This document shows, in pieces, positions 1 to 9,414 of a stretch of 64,000 nucleotides of DNA. The notes under the pieces are model-generated. The model did no database searches. It saw only the letters and a list, made by a program, of their open reading frames with translations, and was not told the origin of the DNA. Origin of the DNA: Candidatus Micrarchaeota archaeon (GTDB taxonomy: Archaea > Micrarchaeota > Micrarchaeia > Anstonellales > Bilamarchaeaceae); assembly GCA_016926175.1 (NCBI GenBank), contig JAFGPA010000001.1, positions 977 through 64,976 on the forward strand. Direction: 5' to 3'. Position numbers and translations under genes: made by a program. Position 1 is the stretch's first letter. Every line of letters starts with the position of its first letter.

Positions 1-125
1 GAGGCATCGTCAATATACGGTGACCTTTTTACAGAATATTCTGAATACTGTTATATATCTGGTTAATGCATCCTTAATAGAAAATTGACGGTGCCGGTAT
101 TCCGGTTAAATAAAATTAACCGAAC

Positions 126-506
126 CTAAGCCATTTCTTCAAGCTTTTTTCCAAGAGCATTTGCATTTTCCCAGTTGATTCCAAAGCTCTTTGAATTCTC
201 CCTGAAAACTGCCAAAGGAACAAACACCCACGGCTTTCTGTTCCTTCTCCATCCTATCAGGCAGTTAATGCCGCTTATCTCCTCCCATTTCCGGAGATTC
301 ACGAACTGTTCACGATCAATGTTCAGATTTTCCTTTTCCCATGCCTTTGCCTCTATCCCGATCTGCATCCCTCTTCTGAAAACAAGAATATCCGGGCTGA
401 GGGAATTGACCCCGCTGCCTGCCGCCCTTATCACACAGCAGCCACTGGATGAAAAATAATCTATCAGTTCGCGTTCGGCACGGGATCCCTTGACATAAGT
501 TCGCAT
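126..506 (-). CDS. hjc: Holliday junction resolvase Hjc
   Basis: KGSRAEREL...IRAAGSG...PDIL...IEAK is the Hjc PD-(D/E)xK signature. Start placed at ATG 506. Confidence 0.9.
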   Translation of the reverse strand: MRTYVKGSRAERELIDYFSSSGCCVIRAAGSGVNSLSPDILVFRRGMQIGIEAKAWEKENLNIDREQFVNLRKWEEISGINCLIGWRRNRKPWVFVPLAVFRENSKSFGINWENANALGKKLEEMA

Positions 507-530
507 AACCTTCATTGGAATCTGTTATTT

Positions 531-1073
531 TTAACCGTTTGGAAATCTCATATTCCTAAAAGCAGCATCAACAGACCTTTTTATCCTTCTTTTTTTAGTA
601 TCTTCTTTTTTTGCACTTGCGACCCACCAGAACCATATTTTCTTGCTGCTTGGCGGTAATTTTCCGAAATTTTCCCATGCTTTCCTATTTGCCATAAGTG
701 CAGTCTTCAAATCATCAGGAAAACCGATTTCCCGGGAGACTTCTGTTTTTCTCTTTTTGAATTTTGCCAGCCCTGCACCAGTCATTTTTTTCTGTTTTAT
801 CATTTTCTTAGCGCGCTGAATATTCAGTTCAGACCAGATGCTGGCAAAATTTCTTGGAGTATATCTTTGCATATATTTTTCGTCATCAATTTTTCTTACT
901 GTGCTGTCTATCCATCCAAAGCATATTGCCTCCTCAACAGCATCGGCATAGGGTATTGTTGGTTTTTCAGTATGTTTCTTGTAATAGACAAGCCAGATTT
1001 CCTTCTCCATGCTGTAGTTTTTTTGCAGCCATTTCCGCCACTGGCCTCTGTTTTTTACGTACAATCTAGCCAT
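531..1073 (-). CDS. YdeI/OmpD-associated family protein
   Basis: WRKWL..N, AVEEAICFGWIDS, YTPR...S.WS..N and a C-terminal AK...TK.RRI motif. Start placed at MARLYV (1073). Confidence 0.85.
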   Translation of the reverse strand: MARLYVKNRGQWRKWLQKNYSMEKEIWLVYYKKHTEKPTIPYADAVEEAICFGWIDSTVRKIDDEKYMQRYTPRNFASIWSELNIQRAKKMIKQKKMTGAGLAKFKKRKTEVSREIGFPDDLKTALMANRKAWENFGKLPPSSKKIWFWWVASAKKEDTKKRRIKRSVDAAFRNMRFPNG

Positions 1074-2463
1074 GCTGCTTCCTTCCTGAATCCGGCAATC
1101 CCAAAATGTCATATCTTTCTGGATCGTCTTCAGGCAAATCTGGTTCGGGTTGTGCAATAAGCATGTATTCCTCAGGCAGGTTCCGGTCTACAACCGGTAT
1201 TGCTGCTTCAGGAGCGGGGCTGAAGAAGTTGAACATTCCAAATACAACTTCATATACAAAGAACTTGAACCCGTTTAAAATCCCCTGCCCATTTATTTTT
1301 ATCCTGCCGGTTGCAATGCCCTGCTGTATGCTCATGTATTCCCCGGCAATCAGGGAAACAGTTTCCCGGTCTGTTGTAATCATCACAGTTGGATCTTCAA
1401 GCAGTTCAGTTCCAACCTCCTTCACCTTGTTGTTTTCTGTTATTATATTGCCGGTATCTCCTTCCGCAGTTACAATATTCATCCTTTCATTTCCGAACAT
1501 TACGGAAAGCTCTGCCGTATATTCTCCGAATTCAAACAATTCATGATCGCAGTCAGCATTTCCGCGCACATTTTCAGGATCTCGGCATGTTCCTGTTATT
1601 ACAGTTTGCTGTTTTACGCAGTCCCAGCAGCCTGTTTTGTAGTTCTTGTAGCATGTTGAGTCTGATCCGCACCTGTTCCAGCATTCTGATTGCTCAAGGA
1701 ATTCGCCGTTTGCAGGAATGCATATTGGTGCAAAGCAGCTGCAGCAGACAGGACAGCATGATTCTCCGGCACCGCATCCGGCTGGTCTGGCAAATGGATC
1801 GCATTTCTCCCCTATGTTACTGTCTATCTGGCCATTTCCGCAGCAGCATCTGTCCGGGCAGGCGTTTGCTCCGCAGATGTCATTTGCTATTTCTTCAAGG
1901 TTTGCCTGTGTCGGACCGGAATTGGCGCCAAAAGTTCTTGACATTATTCCTCCATCACCGTCTTCAAGGCCCATCATATGGCCTGCTTCATGGGCAAAAT
2001 CCTTGTAATGCTCACCCTGAGGGTCGTTTGCATCCACAGGCCTGCTCATTATGTTTGACCACCAGCCTTTCACGCTGTTGTTGCCATTACCGGTGCTAAT
2101 ATTGTACATATAACCTATGTAAAATTCGGCTCCAGTCCAGTTGGTCTGGTTTCTTGGAGGTTCATTATTGTAGTCTGTAACCATTATACAGTGCCAGTCC
2201 TGGGGCGGATTGTTCTTGCAGTCAGCAGTCTTGTTTGTTATTACCTCGAATTTCATGGTGCATTTGCAGTCCCCGATAGTTCTTGATCCACCGGGCCCGT
2301 TCCAGACGCTTTCTATCTCATTTTTTGCATTCTGTATATATGCATCATCTGCCCCTGAAAATGCGATTTTCAAAGTGATGGTTATGTCACATCCATCAAC
2401 ATTGCATGTGGTCGATGCAAAAGAAATAGATATCATCAAGAGGGCGAATAGTATTCCTCTCAT
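1066..2463 (-). CDS. Secreted Cys-rich metzincin-like zinc metalloprotease with a C-terminal SCP2-like region
   Basis: Signal peptide, HEAGHMMGLED, Met-turn GIMS, and a CGNG...GEKCD Cys-rich region. Confidence 0.65.
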   Translation of the reverse strand: MRGILFALLMISISFASTTCNVDGCDITITLKIAFSGADDAYIQNAKNEIESVWNGPGGSRTIGDCKCTMKFEVITNKTADCKNNPPQDWHCIMVTDYNNEPPRNQTNWTGAEFYIGYMYNISTGNGNNSVKGWWSNIMSRPVDANDPQGEHYKDFAHEAGHMMGLEDGDGGIMSRTFGANSGPTQANLEEIANDICGANACPDRCCCGNGQIDSNIGEKCDPFARPAGCGAGESCCPVCCSCFAPICIPANGEFLEQSECWNRCGSDSTCYKNYKTGCWDCVKQQTVITGTCRDPENVRGNADCDHELFEFGEYTAELSVMFGNERMNIVTAEGDTGNIITENNKVKEVGTELLEDPTVMITTDRETVSLIAGEYMSIQQGIATGRIKINGQGILNGFKFFVYEVVFGMFNFFSPAPEAAIPVVDRNLPEEYMLIAQPEPDLPEDDPERYDILGLPDSGRKQHG

Positions 2464-2486
2464 GCATGGAATTACCAGAAAAGCCT

Positions 2487-2912
2487 TTAAAATCTATCAA
2501 TTGCCTCTCTCAAGTCAAAGAGATCAAGGGGCTTTGCATAAATCTCTTCGGGCTTAAGCAACTTTATGGCTTCTAACCTTGTTTCATCAATGCCGCCGCT
2601 CATTATAATGACTCTTGTAGATGGCCTTTCTTTTTTTATCGTCGCAAGCAATTTCATGCCATCCATTATGGGCATATCAAGATCAGTTATAACAACATCA
2701 AAATTTCCGGCTTTGAACATCTCAAGTCCTTCCTGGCCGTTTTTTGCCGTCTTGCATTTATGGTCGCTTAATATCACTGCCAGAAGCTCCCTTAGCTGAT
2801 GCTCATCCTCCACTATCAGAATATTCATCTGTCTTACCGAACTCATTATCTCCCCGCTTATATTCGTGCGTTCCAAAGTTTTAGCAGTAAGACTGATCAT
2901 TTTGTTTTTCAT
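2487..2912 (-). CDS. Stand-alone response regulator receiver (CheY-like)
   Basis: ILIVEDE, DVVITDLDMPIMDG, IIMSG and KP motifs. Confidence 0.9.
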   Translation of the reverse strand: MKNKMISLTAKTLERTNISGEIMSSVRQMNILIVEDEHQLRELLAVILSDHKCKTAKNGQEGLEMFKAGNFDVVITDLDMPIMDGMKLLATIKKERPSTRVIIMSGGIDETRLEAIKLLKPEEIYAKPLDLFDLREAIDRF

Positions 2913-2949
2913 ATATTTAATTCATGTGTTAAGATTTATTAATATGTGC

Positions 2950-3666
2950 CTATATCTCAGGTGCCTCTCTAAGTGCACGAAGTAAAATTTTGGCAGCTTC
3001 CTGGGTATTCAGTTTTCCTCCCCGGATATAAAGATTCCTTCTCTTTGCAATGGCTTCCAGGAGGCTTTCGGCATCATTTATTCCTTCAAGGCTGATTTCA
3101 AGCTTTTTTCCAATCCATTTCCTGAGTTTCCGGCTTTCAAGAATTCTTTTTCCTTCAAGATAGCCGTATTCAGGATTATCATCTATGTTTATGGCCTTTT
3201 TCCTTATCAGGTCTTCCTTTTTCTCTCCTTTGGGAAAAACGCCCCTGTAATCTGTAACCATCAGGTCGTCGCTGATTTTTACCCACTGGACATTCCTTGT
3301 TGTTCCTGCAACTGCAGAAACCCTGGCAACTTTTTTTCTTGCCAGCATGTTTATTATAGAGCTTTTTCCGACGTTTGGATAGCCTATCAGAAGGGCCTTT
3401 GCCGGCCTTTTGTCTGTTTTTTCCATTATTGCATTTATCACTGTTTTTCTGCTTTCTGCAATTTTTGCACTTATCTTTATGGCATTTTTGGGGATTGCCG
3501 GCGGTTCTGAAAGATCAGTCTTGTTAACAACAATTATCAGCCTGTTGGTGCCTGACATCCGTTCCACTATGGGAAGCCTGGTTCCCTGCAGATCCCTGGC
3601 ATCCACAACTTCAAGTATCACATCTGCATCATGTATCAGAAATTTCATTTCTTCAAATTTCTTCAT
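2950..3666 (-). CDS. Circularly permuted GTPase, RbgA/YlqF family
   Basis: EVVDARD, then NKTD (G4) before GYPNVGKSS (G1), GTT and DYRG. Start placed at the ATG overlapping the upstream stop (TAATG). Confidence 0.85.
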   Translation of the reverse strand: MKKFEEMKFLIHDADVILEVVDARDLQGTRLPIVERMSGTNRLIIVVNKTDLSEPPAIPKNAIKISAKIAESRKTVINAIMEKTDKRPAKALLIGYPNVGKSSIINMLARKKVARVSAVAGTTRNVQWVKISDDLMVTDYRGVFPKGEKKEDLIRKKAINIDDNPEYGYLEGKRILESRKLRKWIGKKLEISLEGINDAESLLEAIAKRRNLYIRGGKLNTQEAAKILLRALREAPEI

Positions 3667-4694
3667 TATATCGTCCCAATAAGTTTTTTCAGCAATTTGG
3701 AGCAATTTTCAATATCGTCAATATGGGCAACTCCTACTGTTGAATGTATGTATCTGGTGGGAACGCAAAGTGCTATGGACGGAACCCCTCCCTTCATATT
3801 ATGGACAGATGCTGCATCCGTTGCACCGCCTTCGAAAACATCAACCTGGAATTTTATCCTGTTTTTTCTTGCACATTCCATTGTCTTCTGCACCAGCCTT
3901 GCATCTGCAATGTTTCCCCTGCCTGCCCATTCCGTAAGTACGATAGACGGGCCTTTTGAAAGTTCATTTGGTGCATCCTCGAGCTTCATTTCCGGGTGGT
4001 CTCCGGCAATTGTAACATCCACTGCAATGAACGCCCCTGGATCCAGCCTGTAGCTTGCTATTTTTGCCCCCTTCCCAAATGTGGAAACCTCTTCCTGAGT
4101 GGTTCCAACAAGAATTGTGTTTTTTGGAAGTTGCCTTGCAAGTTCCAGAAGCACATAGCACCCTATCCTGTCATCAAGAGCCTTTCCGCTTATCATTTTT
4201 TTTCCGAGCCTCATGAATTTTGTCGGAAAGGTTACTGTATTGCCTATTTCTATTCCAAGAGCGGCAGCTTCTTTTTTGTCAGCCGCCCCGACATCTATAA
4301 ACAGGTTCCCATATTCAAGAAGGCCTTTGCGTTCATCCGGTTTCATTACGTGCGGTGCCTTGCTTCCAATAACTCCAGGTACCAGTCCTTTTCTTGTTTT
4401 TACCAGAACCTGCTGATTGACAAGACTGCGATCATCAATTCCTCCTATTTTTATGAACCGTATGAACCCCTTCTTGTCTATGTGCTTTGCCATCAATCCG
4501 ATTTCGTCCATATGCGCAGCTATCACCAGCGGGTTTTTTGATATTGATTTGTATGCAAGTACATTGCCGAAATTGTCCACCTCAACCTTCAGCCCCCTTT
4601 TCCTGAATTCATCCTTCATTATCTCTGCAATTCCTTCTTCCTGTGAGCTTACTCCGTCTGCTTCTGAAAGCCTGCCCATTAATTCGAAATCCAT
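3666..4694 (-). CDS. M42 family aminopeptidase (TET-like)
   Basis: AAHMDEIG, KALDDRIG, QEEV, GGATDA and RYIHS motifs. Start placed at MDFEL. Confidence 0.9.
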   Translation of the reverse strand: MDFELMGRLSEADGVSSQEEGIAEIMKDEFRKRGLKVEVDNFGNVLAYKSISKNPLVIAAHMDEIGLMAKHIDKKGFIRFIKIGGIDDRSLVNQQVLVKTRKGLVPGVIGSKAPHVMKPDERKGLLEYGNLFIDVGAADKKEAAALGIEIGNTVTFPTKFMRLGKKMISGKALDDRIGCYVLLELARQLPKNTILVGTTQEEVSTFGKGAKIASYRLDPGAFIAVDVTIAGDHPEMKLEDAPNELSKGPSIVLTEWAGRGNIADARLVQKTMECARKNRIKFQVDVFEGGATDAASVHNMKGGVPSIALCVPTRYIHSTVGVAHIDDIENCSKLLKKLIGTI

Positions 4695-4754
4695 TTTTCC
4701 ACCAAAGAGAAATTCGGCACACAGCTTAATAATTCTTATCAGAGAAAATCCCCC

Positions 4755-5501
4755 ATGCTTGAGCATACCTTTATCCATCTTCCCAAGTACGGGCCAATAA
4801 AAGAAAGAAAGCTCTGGGAAAACGGGGTAACAACATGGGACGAATTCCTTGATGTTTTTGGAACATCGCCATATCACAGGGAACACTGCTCAACCCTGGT
4901 GTCTTCAAAATATGCGCTAAGAACCAGGGATTTCGGCCATTTTGCAACTGTAATCCCGGGCAATGAGATGTGGAGGACGTTCCCCCATGCCAAAAGAATT
5001 GCCTATCTGGATATCGAGACAACCGGCACAAGGAGATCAGATTACATCACCGTGATAGGAATTTATGACGGGGAAAAAACAAAGAGCTATGTTCATGGCC
5101 AAAATCTGCATGAATTCAAAAAAGATATTGAGAAGTTTGACATGGTTGCGACATTCAACGGCTCAATGTTTGATCTTCCATTTATCATGAGGGAATCAAA
5201 TGTCCGCCTTCCAAGGCTTCACGTTGACCTGAGGTTCCTGCTTGCCTCGCTTGATATAACCGGCGGCCTGAAGAAAATCGAGAAAAAATTCGGCTTTGAA
5301 AGGGAGGATGATCTTGACGGGCTTACCGGCTATGATGCCATTCTTCTCTGGAGAAAATATAAGAAGTACAATGACCTGAATGCACTGGACACATTGATAA
5401 GATACAATGGGGCAGATGTCAACAATCTTGAAAAGCTTCTGGTCTGGGCATATAATGAAAAGAAAAAAGCATTTGAAGATATCACTCGCAGACCGGCGTG
5501 A
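4755..5501 (+). CDS. RNase H-like (YprB / RNase_H_2) exonuclease
   Basis: YLDIETTG, TFNGSMFDLPF, GGLKKIEK and YNGADV motifs. Confidence 0.85.
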   Translation: MLEHTFIHLPKYGPIKERKLWENGVTTWDEFLDVFGTSPYHREHCSTLVSSKYALRTRDFGHFATVIPGNEMWRTFPHAKRIAYLDIETTGTRRSDYITVIGIYDGEKTKSYVHGQNLHEFKKDIEKFDMVATFNGSMFDLPFIMRESNVRLPRLHVDLRFLLASLDITGGLKKIEKKFGFEREDDLDGLTGYDAILLWRKYKKYNDLNALDTLIRYNGADVNNLEKLLVWAYNEKKKAFEDITRRPA

Positions 5502-5985
5502 TTGCAGTAGTTACCTTTAAGCCAATCTCGTCCTGCTGAACGCTTTGGATCATGACATGGAACTCTGCATCCCTCTGGGTTAAGCTCATGAGTCTGTTTA
5601 CTGGAAGTTCATATTCTATTAGATCCCCGCATGCAGCCACATGGAATATTGCAGTATCTTCAGAAATTCCAAGTTCTCTGAAGCTGAATACTGCGCCATC
5701 GATTTCATAGCTGTTCCGGCCTTTTCCTTCCTCCCTGAAATGAATTGTCTGGGTTTCGCACGTATCCAGAGTTATCCTGCAGCCTGCATTCTGGTCTTCC
5801 AGCTGATACGGTTCTGTTTTTACATCTGCATCAGCACCGCAGCCCATGGCCCCTGAAAGCAATAGTGCAGCGGCCATTCTTCTGAACGGCGCTTTGCCCT
5901 GTTTTTCTAATTTTCTGTTTTCTGGTTTTGTAATTTTTTTCAAAAATCCCACCCGTGTATAATAGTATATACTTGTGAGAAACAT
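5482..5985 (-). CDS. Hypothetical lipoprotein-like protein
   Basis: Basic N-region followed by AAALLLSGAMGC. Start uncertain (possibly the GTG near 5952). Confidence 0.5.
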   Translation of the reverse strand: MFLTSIYYYTRVGFLKKITKPENRKLEKQGKAPFRRMAAALLLSGAMGCGADADVKTEPYQLEDQNAGCRITLDTCETQTIHFREEGKGRNSYEIDGAVFSFRELGISEDTAIFHVAACGDLIEYELPVNRLMSLTQRDAEFHVMIQSVQQDEIGLKVTTAITPVCE

Positions 5986-6051
5986 TTTAAATGGCTTTTA
6001 TTGGCCGGGCATTATGGAAACTTTTAATAAGTTCCCAATGAAATACCAAGC

Positions 6052-7104
6052 ATGAGAGGGGTATTTGTAGTTCTTGCTGTCATGCTGTTGTTGGGATGTA
6101 CATCAGTTTCAGAAGAGGCTGAGAAGCCAGCTCCGGTTGTCCAGCCGCCGCCGGAAGAGGTTCCGCTTTGCAGCGGCCCGGTTTGCGGATCCGATGGCAT
6201 AACCTATGAAACTGATTGCGATGCCCTTGATGCGGCTGTACAGAGCTTTGTACTTGGAGAATGCCTGAAGGAGGAAGAATGCATTGAAACTGACGGTGGC
6301 ATGTATTCCGGAGTTTTCGGCTCTGTCACAAAAGGAAACATAAGCTATCATGATTTCTGTGAAAATTCTTCTATATTGATAGAATATGCATGTATTGAAA
6401 ATGAGATAAAAAACAGTTCCATTGAATGCCCGGGCATGTGTGTTGATGGTGAATGCATTGAGCTTAAGCCTGAACTTGATAAAACCTGCAGGGGGCCTTC
6501 CCAGCCAGATATTTATGTGAGGGAAACCGTTACTGTTGCAGGAGTTAATTACACAGATGTCTGCATTGATTTCATAACTGTAAAGGATTACTACTGCAAA
6601 GACAACAATGTAACTGCTGTAAACCGAAACTGCGAACCGGGAGAAAGATGCGATGGAGGAAAATGTGTTTTGCTGGAGTTCAGGTGCAGTGAAACCGATG
6701 AAGGAAGGGATGTCTACACAAAAGGCAAAACCACCCAGAATTTTGGAATCTCAACAACCTTCAGCGAATGGGATGACTGTGATGACGAGGGCACTGTGAT
6801 CGAGCATTACTGCAGTGAAAATAATACTGCGGTTACTGAATATATAAGATGCGAAAGCGGCTACAAATGCCTGTTGGGCAGATGCGTTAAGAGCAAATGT
6901 TCAGAAACTGATTCCGGATTTGACATTTACAAAAAAGGCACTGTCCAGATAGGCGATGACAAATATACTGATGATTGCCTTAATGACTACACCCTGAGAG
7001 AATACTTCTGTTATGGGGATAGGGTGGAAGAGGAGGACCTAAGGTGCCCTGAAGGTTACATATGTGACAATGATCGCTGTGTCGAAGGCTACATCAGAAA
7101 TTGA
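6052..7104 (+). CDS. Lipoprotein with a Kazal-like domain and four Cys-rich repeats
   Basis: LLLGC lipobox, PVCGSDGITY..DC, and repeats of C.ETD.G.D.Y.KG...D.C...EY.C...C..G..C..G.C. Confidence 0.7.
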   Translation: MRGVFVVLAVMLLLGCTSVSEEAEKPAPVVQPPPEEVPLCSGPVCGSDGITYETDCDALDAAVQSFVLGECLKEEECIETDGGMYSGVFGSVTKGNISYHDFCENSSILIEYACIENEIKNSSIECPGMCVDGECIELKPELDKTCRGPSQPDIYVRETVTVAGVNYTDVCIDFITVKDYYCKDNNVTAVNRNCEPGERCDGGKCVLLEFRCSETDEGRDVYTKGKTTQNFGISTTFSEWDDCDDEGTVIEHYCSENNTAVTEYIRCESGYKCLLGRCVKSKCSETDSGFDIYKKGTVQIGDDKYTDDCLNDYTLREYFCYGDRVEEEDLRCPEGYICDNDRCVEGYIRN

Positions 7105-7741
7105 ATGGATTATCAGACAAATGCATAATGAGGCAAGCAGGAGGAATGCCCCTGTTTTTTCTGCCGGGTTCAAAGATCCATTCAAGATACTTGTTTTTAC
7201 TTTTCTTTCTGCAAGAACCAGAGACAGCACTACCATTAAAGCAGCGGAAAAATTATTTTCTGTTGCCGATTCCCCGGAAAAAATTGCAATGCTTCAATTA
7301 AAGAAAGTTGAGGCCCTGCTTTATGGAGTTGGCTTCTATCATGTGAAATCCAGAAACCTCCTTGCAATATCAAAAGCAATAGCAAAAAGCGGAAAAGTTC
7401 CGGATGACTTTCCGGGGCTGACTGCGTTGCCCGGAGTGGGAAGAAAAACTGCAAATATAGTCCTTTCGCGGGCATTTGGAAAAAATACCCTTGGCGTTGA
7501 TGTTCATGTGCATCGCATCAGCAACCGCATTGGCCTTGTGAAAACAAAAAAACCTGAAGAAACAGAGACTGCTCTAATGAAAATTGTTTCCGGCAATTCT
7601 GTAAGTGAATTAAACCGGAATTTTGTTGCGTTTGGGCAAACTATCTGCCTGCCAAGAAATCCCAAATGCAGTGAATGCCCCATAAACCGGATATGCAGGA
7701 GGGTCAATGTCGGTACAACCTGCAAAAACTGCAGATATTAA
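7064..7741 (+). CDS. nth: Endonuclease III
   Basis: HhH motif LPGVGRKTANIV, VDVHVHRI, and the 4Fe-4S motif C-x6-C-x2-C-x5-C. Start uncertain. Confidence 0.92.
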   Translation: MTMIAVSKATSEIEWIIRQMHNEASRRNAPVFSAGFKDPFKILVFTFLSARTRDSTTIKAAEKLFSVADSPEKIAMLQLKKVEALLYGVGFYHVKSRNLLAISKAIAKSGKVPDDFPGLTALPGVGRKTANIVLSRAFGKNTLGVDVHVHRISNRIGLVKTKKPEETETALMKIVSGNSVSELNRNFVAFGQTICLPRNPKCSECPINRICRRVNVGTTCKNCRY

Positions 7742-7765
7742 AACAAATACTTTCAAATGTTTTTT

Positions 7766-8524
7766 ATGGCATGGGAGATTTGCCTGCTTCCGGCAGGTTT
7801 TATCGGATTCTTTTTGTTGCTGACTTCAGTGAAAGTCATTATGGAATATCAGAGGGGCGTACTTTTTACATTGGGCAAATACAGCAGAACTCTTGGTCCG
7901 GGATTAAACATCATCTTTCCAATAATCCAGGGGGTACGCATTGTCGATACGAGAATAATAACCGTGGACATCCCCAAACAGGAAGTTATGACCCGTGACA
8001 ACGTGCCGGTTTCTGTCAATGCAGTTGTCTACATGAAAGTAATAAGTCCCGAAAAGGCAGTCCTGAAAATCCAGGACTACGTATTTGCAGTTGCACAATA
8101 TGGGCAGACTGCCCTTCGTGATGTTATCGGCAATAAGGAACTTGATTTTGTACTTACTGAAAGAGATAATATTGCAGATGAAATCAAGGAGCTTGTTGAC
8201 AGGGAAACTGATGAATGGGGAGTTGACATCACTGCGATAAAAATCCAGGATATTGAACTTCCTCTGGACATGAAGCGGATCATGGCAAGGCAGGCTGAAG
8301 CAGAAAGGGAGAAGAGGGCGCAGATAATCAAGTCAGAGGGTGAAGTGATAGCTTCGCAAAACCTCAGGAAGGCTTCAGAAACTCTTAGCATGTCCCCGGG
8401 AGCATTCCATCTCAGAACCCTGGAAACCCTGGCTGATATATCTTCAGATCCAAGCAATAAGATTGTCCTTGCAGTGCCCATGGAAGTCCTGAAGGCTTTT
8501 GAAAAAATCGGAAAATCAAAGTAA
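7766..8524 (+). CDS. Slipin/stomatin (SPFH) family protein
   Basis: EYQRGV.F.LG, QEVMTRDNV and ARQAEAEREKRA motifs. Confidence 0.92.
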   Translation: MAWEICLLPAGFIGFFLLLTSVKVIMEYQRGVLFTLGKYSRTLGPGLNIIFPIIQGVRIVDTRIITVDIPKQEVMTRDNVPVSVNAVVYMKVISPEKAVLKIQDYVFAVAQYGQTALRDVIGNKELDFVLTERDNIADEIKELVDRETDEWGVDITAIKIQDIELPLDMKRIMARQAEAEREKRAQIIKSEGEVIASQNLRKASETLSMSPGAFHLRTLETLADISSDPSNKIVLAVPMEVLKAFEKIGKSK

Positions 8525-8528
8525 TTTT

Positions 8529-9410
8529 TTATTTTTCTATTTTTGTTATGAAAGATTCATATCCCCGGTTGCTGATTTCTTCGGCAATTTTCTTTGCCTG
8601 TTTCTCATCATCAGCAAGAGAGATGCAGCAGCCTCCCCCGCCGCCGCCTGTAAGCTTTGAACCCAGAGCGCCATGCTCAAGGGCAATTATTGTTATCTCG
8701 TCGTTGGTTTCATCTGAAACGCCAAGTTCGGAAAGCAGTACCTGGTTTTCGTTCATGCATACACCTATTACATCTGCCTGGCCCTTTTCCAGCGCTTTTT
8801 TTGCCCGTATGGAGAGTTCTGTGTATTCATCCATAAGCTGCCCGAATTTATCCTTGTTCTGCTGCCTGAGCGTTCCCACCATCCCGACCATTTTTGCTGT
8901 CGGACTGTATTTTCCTGTGAATGAAACAATAAAGTTCAAAGGAATTCCAGGTTCGAAAAATGAGAATCCATGGTCTTTCCTGAATTCCACAATTCCTCCA
9001 TAGGCAGCAACCGTGTTGTCAATGCCGCTTGGATCTCCGTGAAATGCTTTTTCGCCTTCATATGCATGCCTGTTTATCTGCTCCCTGTTCAATCCAAGGT
9101 CATGGTCTTCTGCAATTGCCTTTACCAGAGCAACACAGAATGCTGCAGATGATCCAAGCCCTCCGTATGTCGGCAAATTCCCTTCAAGATGAACCTTATA
9201 TTTGTCTTTTATGGCCATGCTGTCCAGTATATTCTGTATTGAAACAACACTGGTTTCAGGCACGACTTTTTGTTCAGTAACAATGCTGTTTTCCCCGGCC
9301 TTTTTGATTTTGACTACGGATTTGTTGCTTATGCCTGCAGCTATTGCAGGCGCCCCATGAACGACAAAATGCTCCCCATATAAGATTATTTTTCCTCCTG
9401 CTTCTGCCAT
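8529..9410 (-). CDS. mvk: Mevalonate kinase
   Basis: GKIILYGEHFVVHG, GLGSSAA, HGDPSGID and KLTGGGGGGC motifs. Confidence 0.92.
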   Translation of the reverse strand: MAEAGGKIILYGEHFVVHGAPAIAAGISNKSVVKIKKAGENSIVTEQKVVPETSVVSIQNILDSMAIKDKYKVHLEGNLPTYGGLGSSAAFCVALVKAIAEDHDLGLNREQINRHAYEGEKAFHGDPSGIDNTVAAYGGIVEFRKDHGFSFFEPGIPLNFIVSFTGKYSPTAKMVGMVGTLRQQNKDKFGQLMDEYTELSIRAKKALEKGQADVIGVCMNENQVLLSELGVSDETNDEITIIALEHGALGSKLTGGGGGGCCISLADDEKQAKKIAEEISNRGYESFITKIEK

Positions 9411-9414
9411 ATTA

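Noticed and set aside
3..123. 12-bp inverted repeat (3-14 with 84-95) plus a small hairpin
   Set aside because: It is truncated at the window edge, may overlap the 3' end of a gene, and matches no tRNA or ncRNA motif I recognise.
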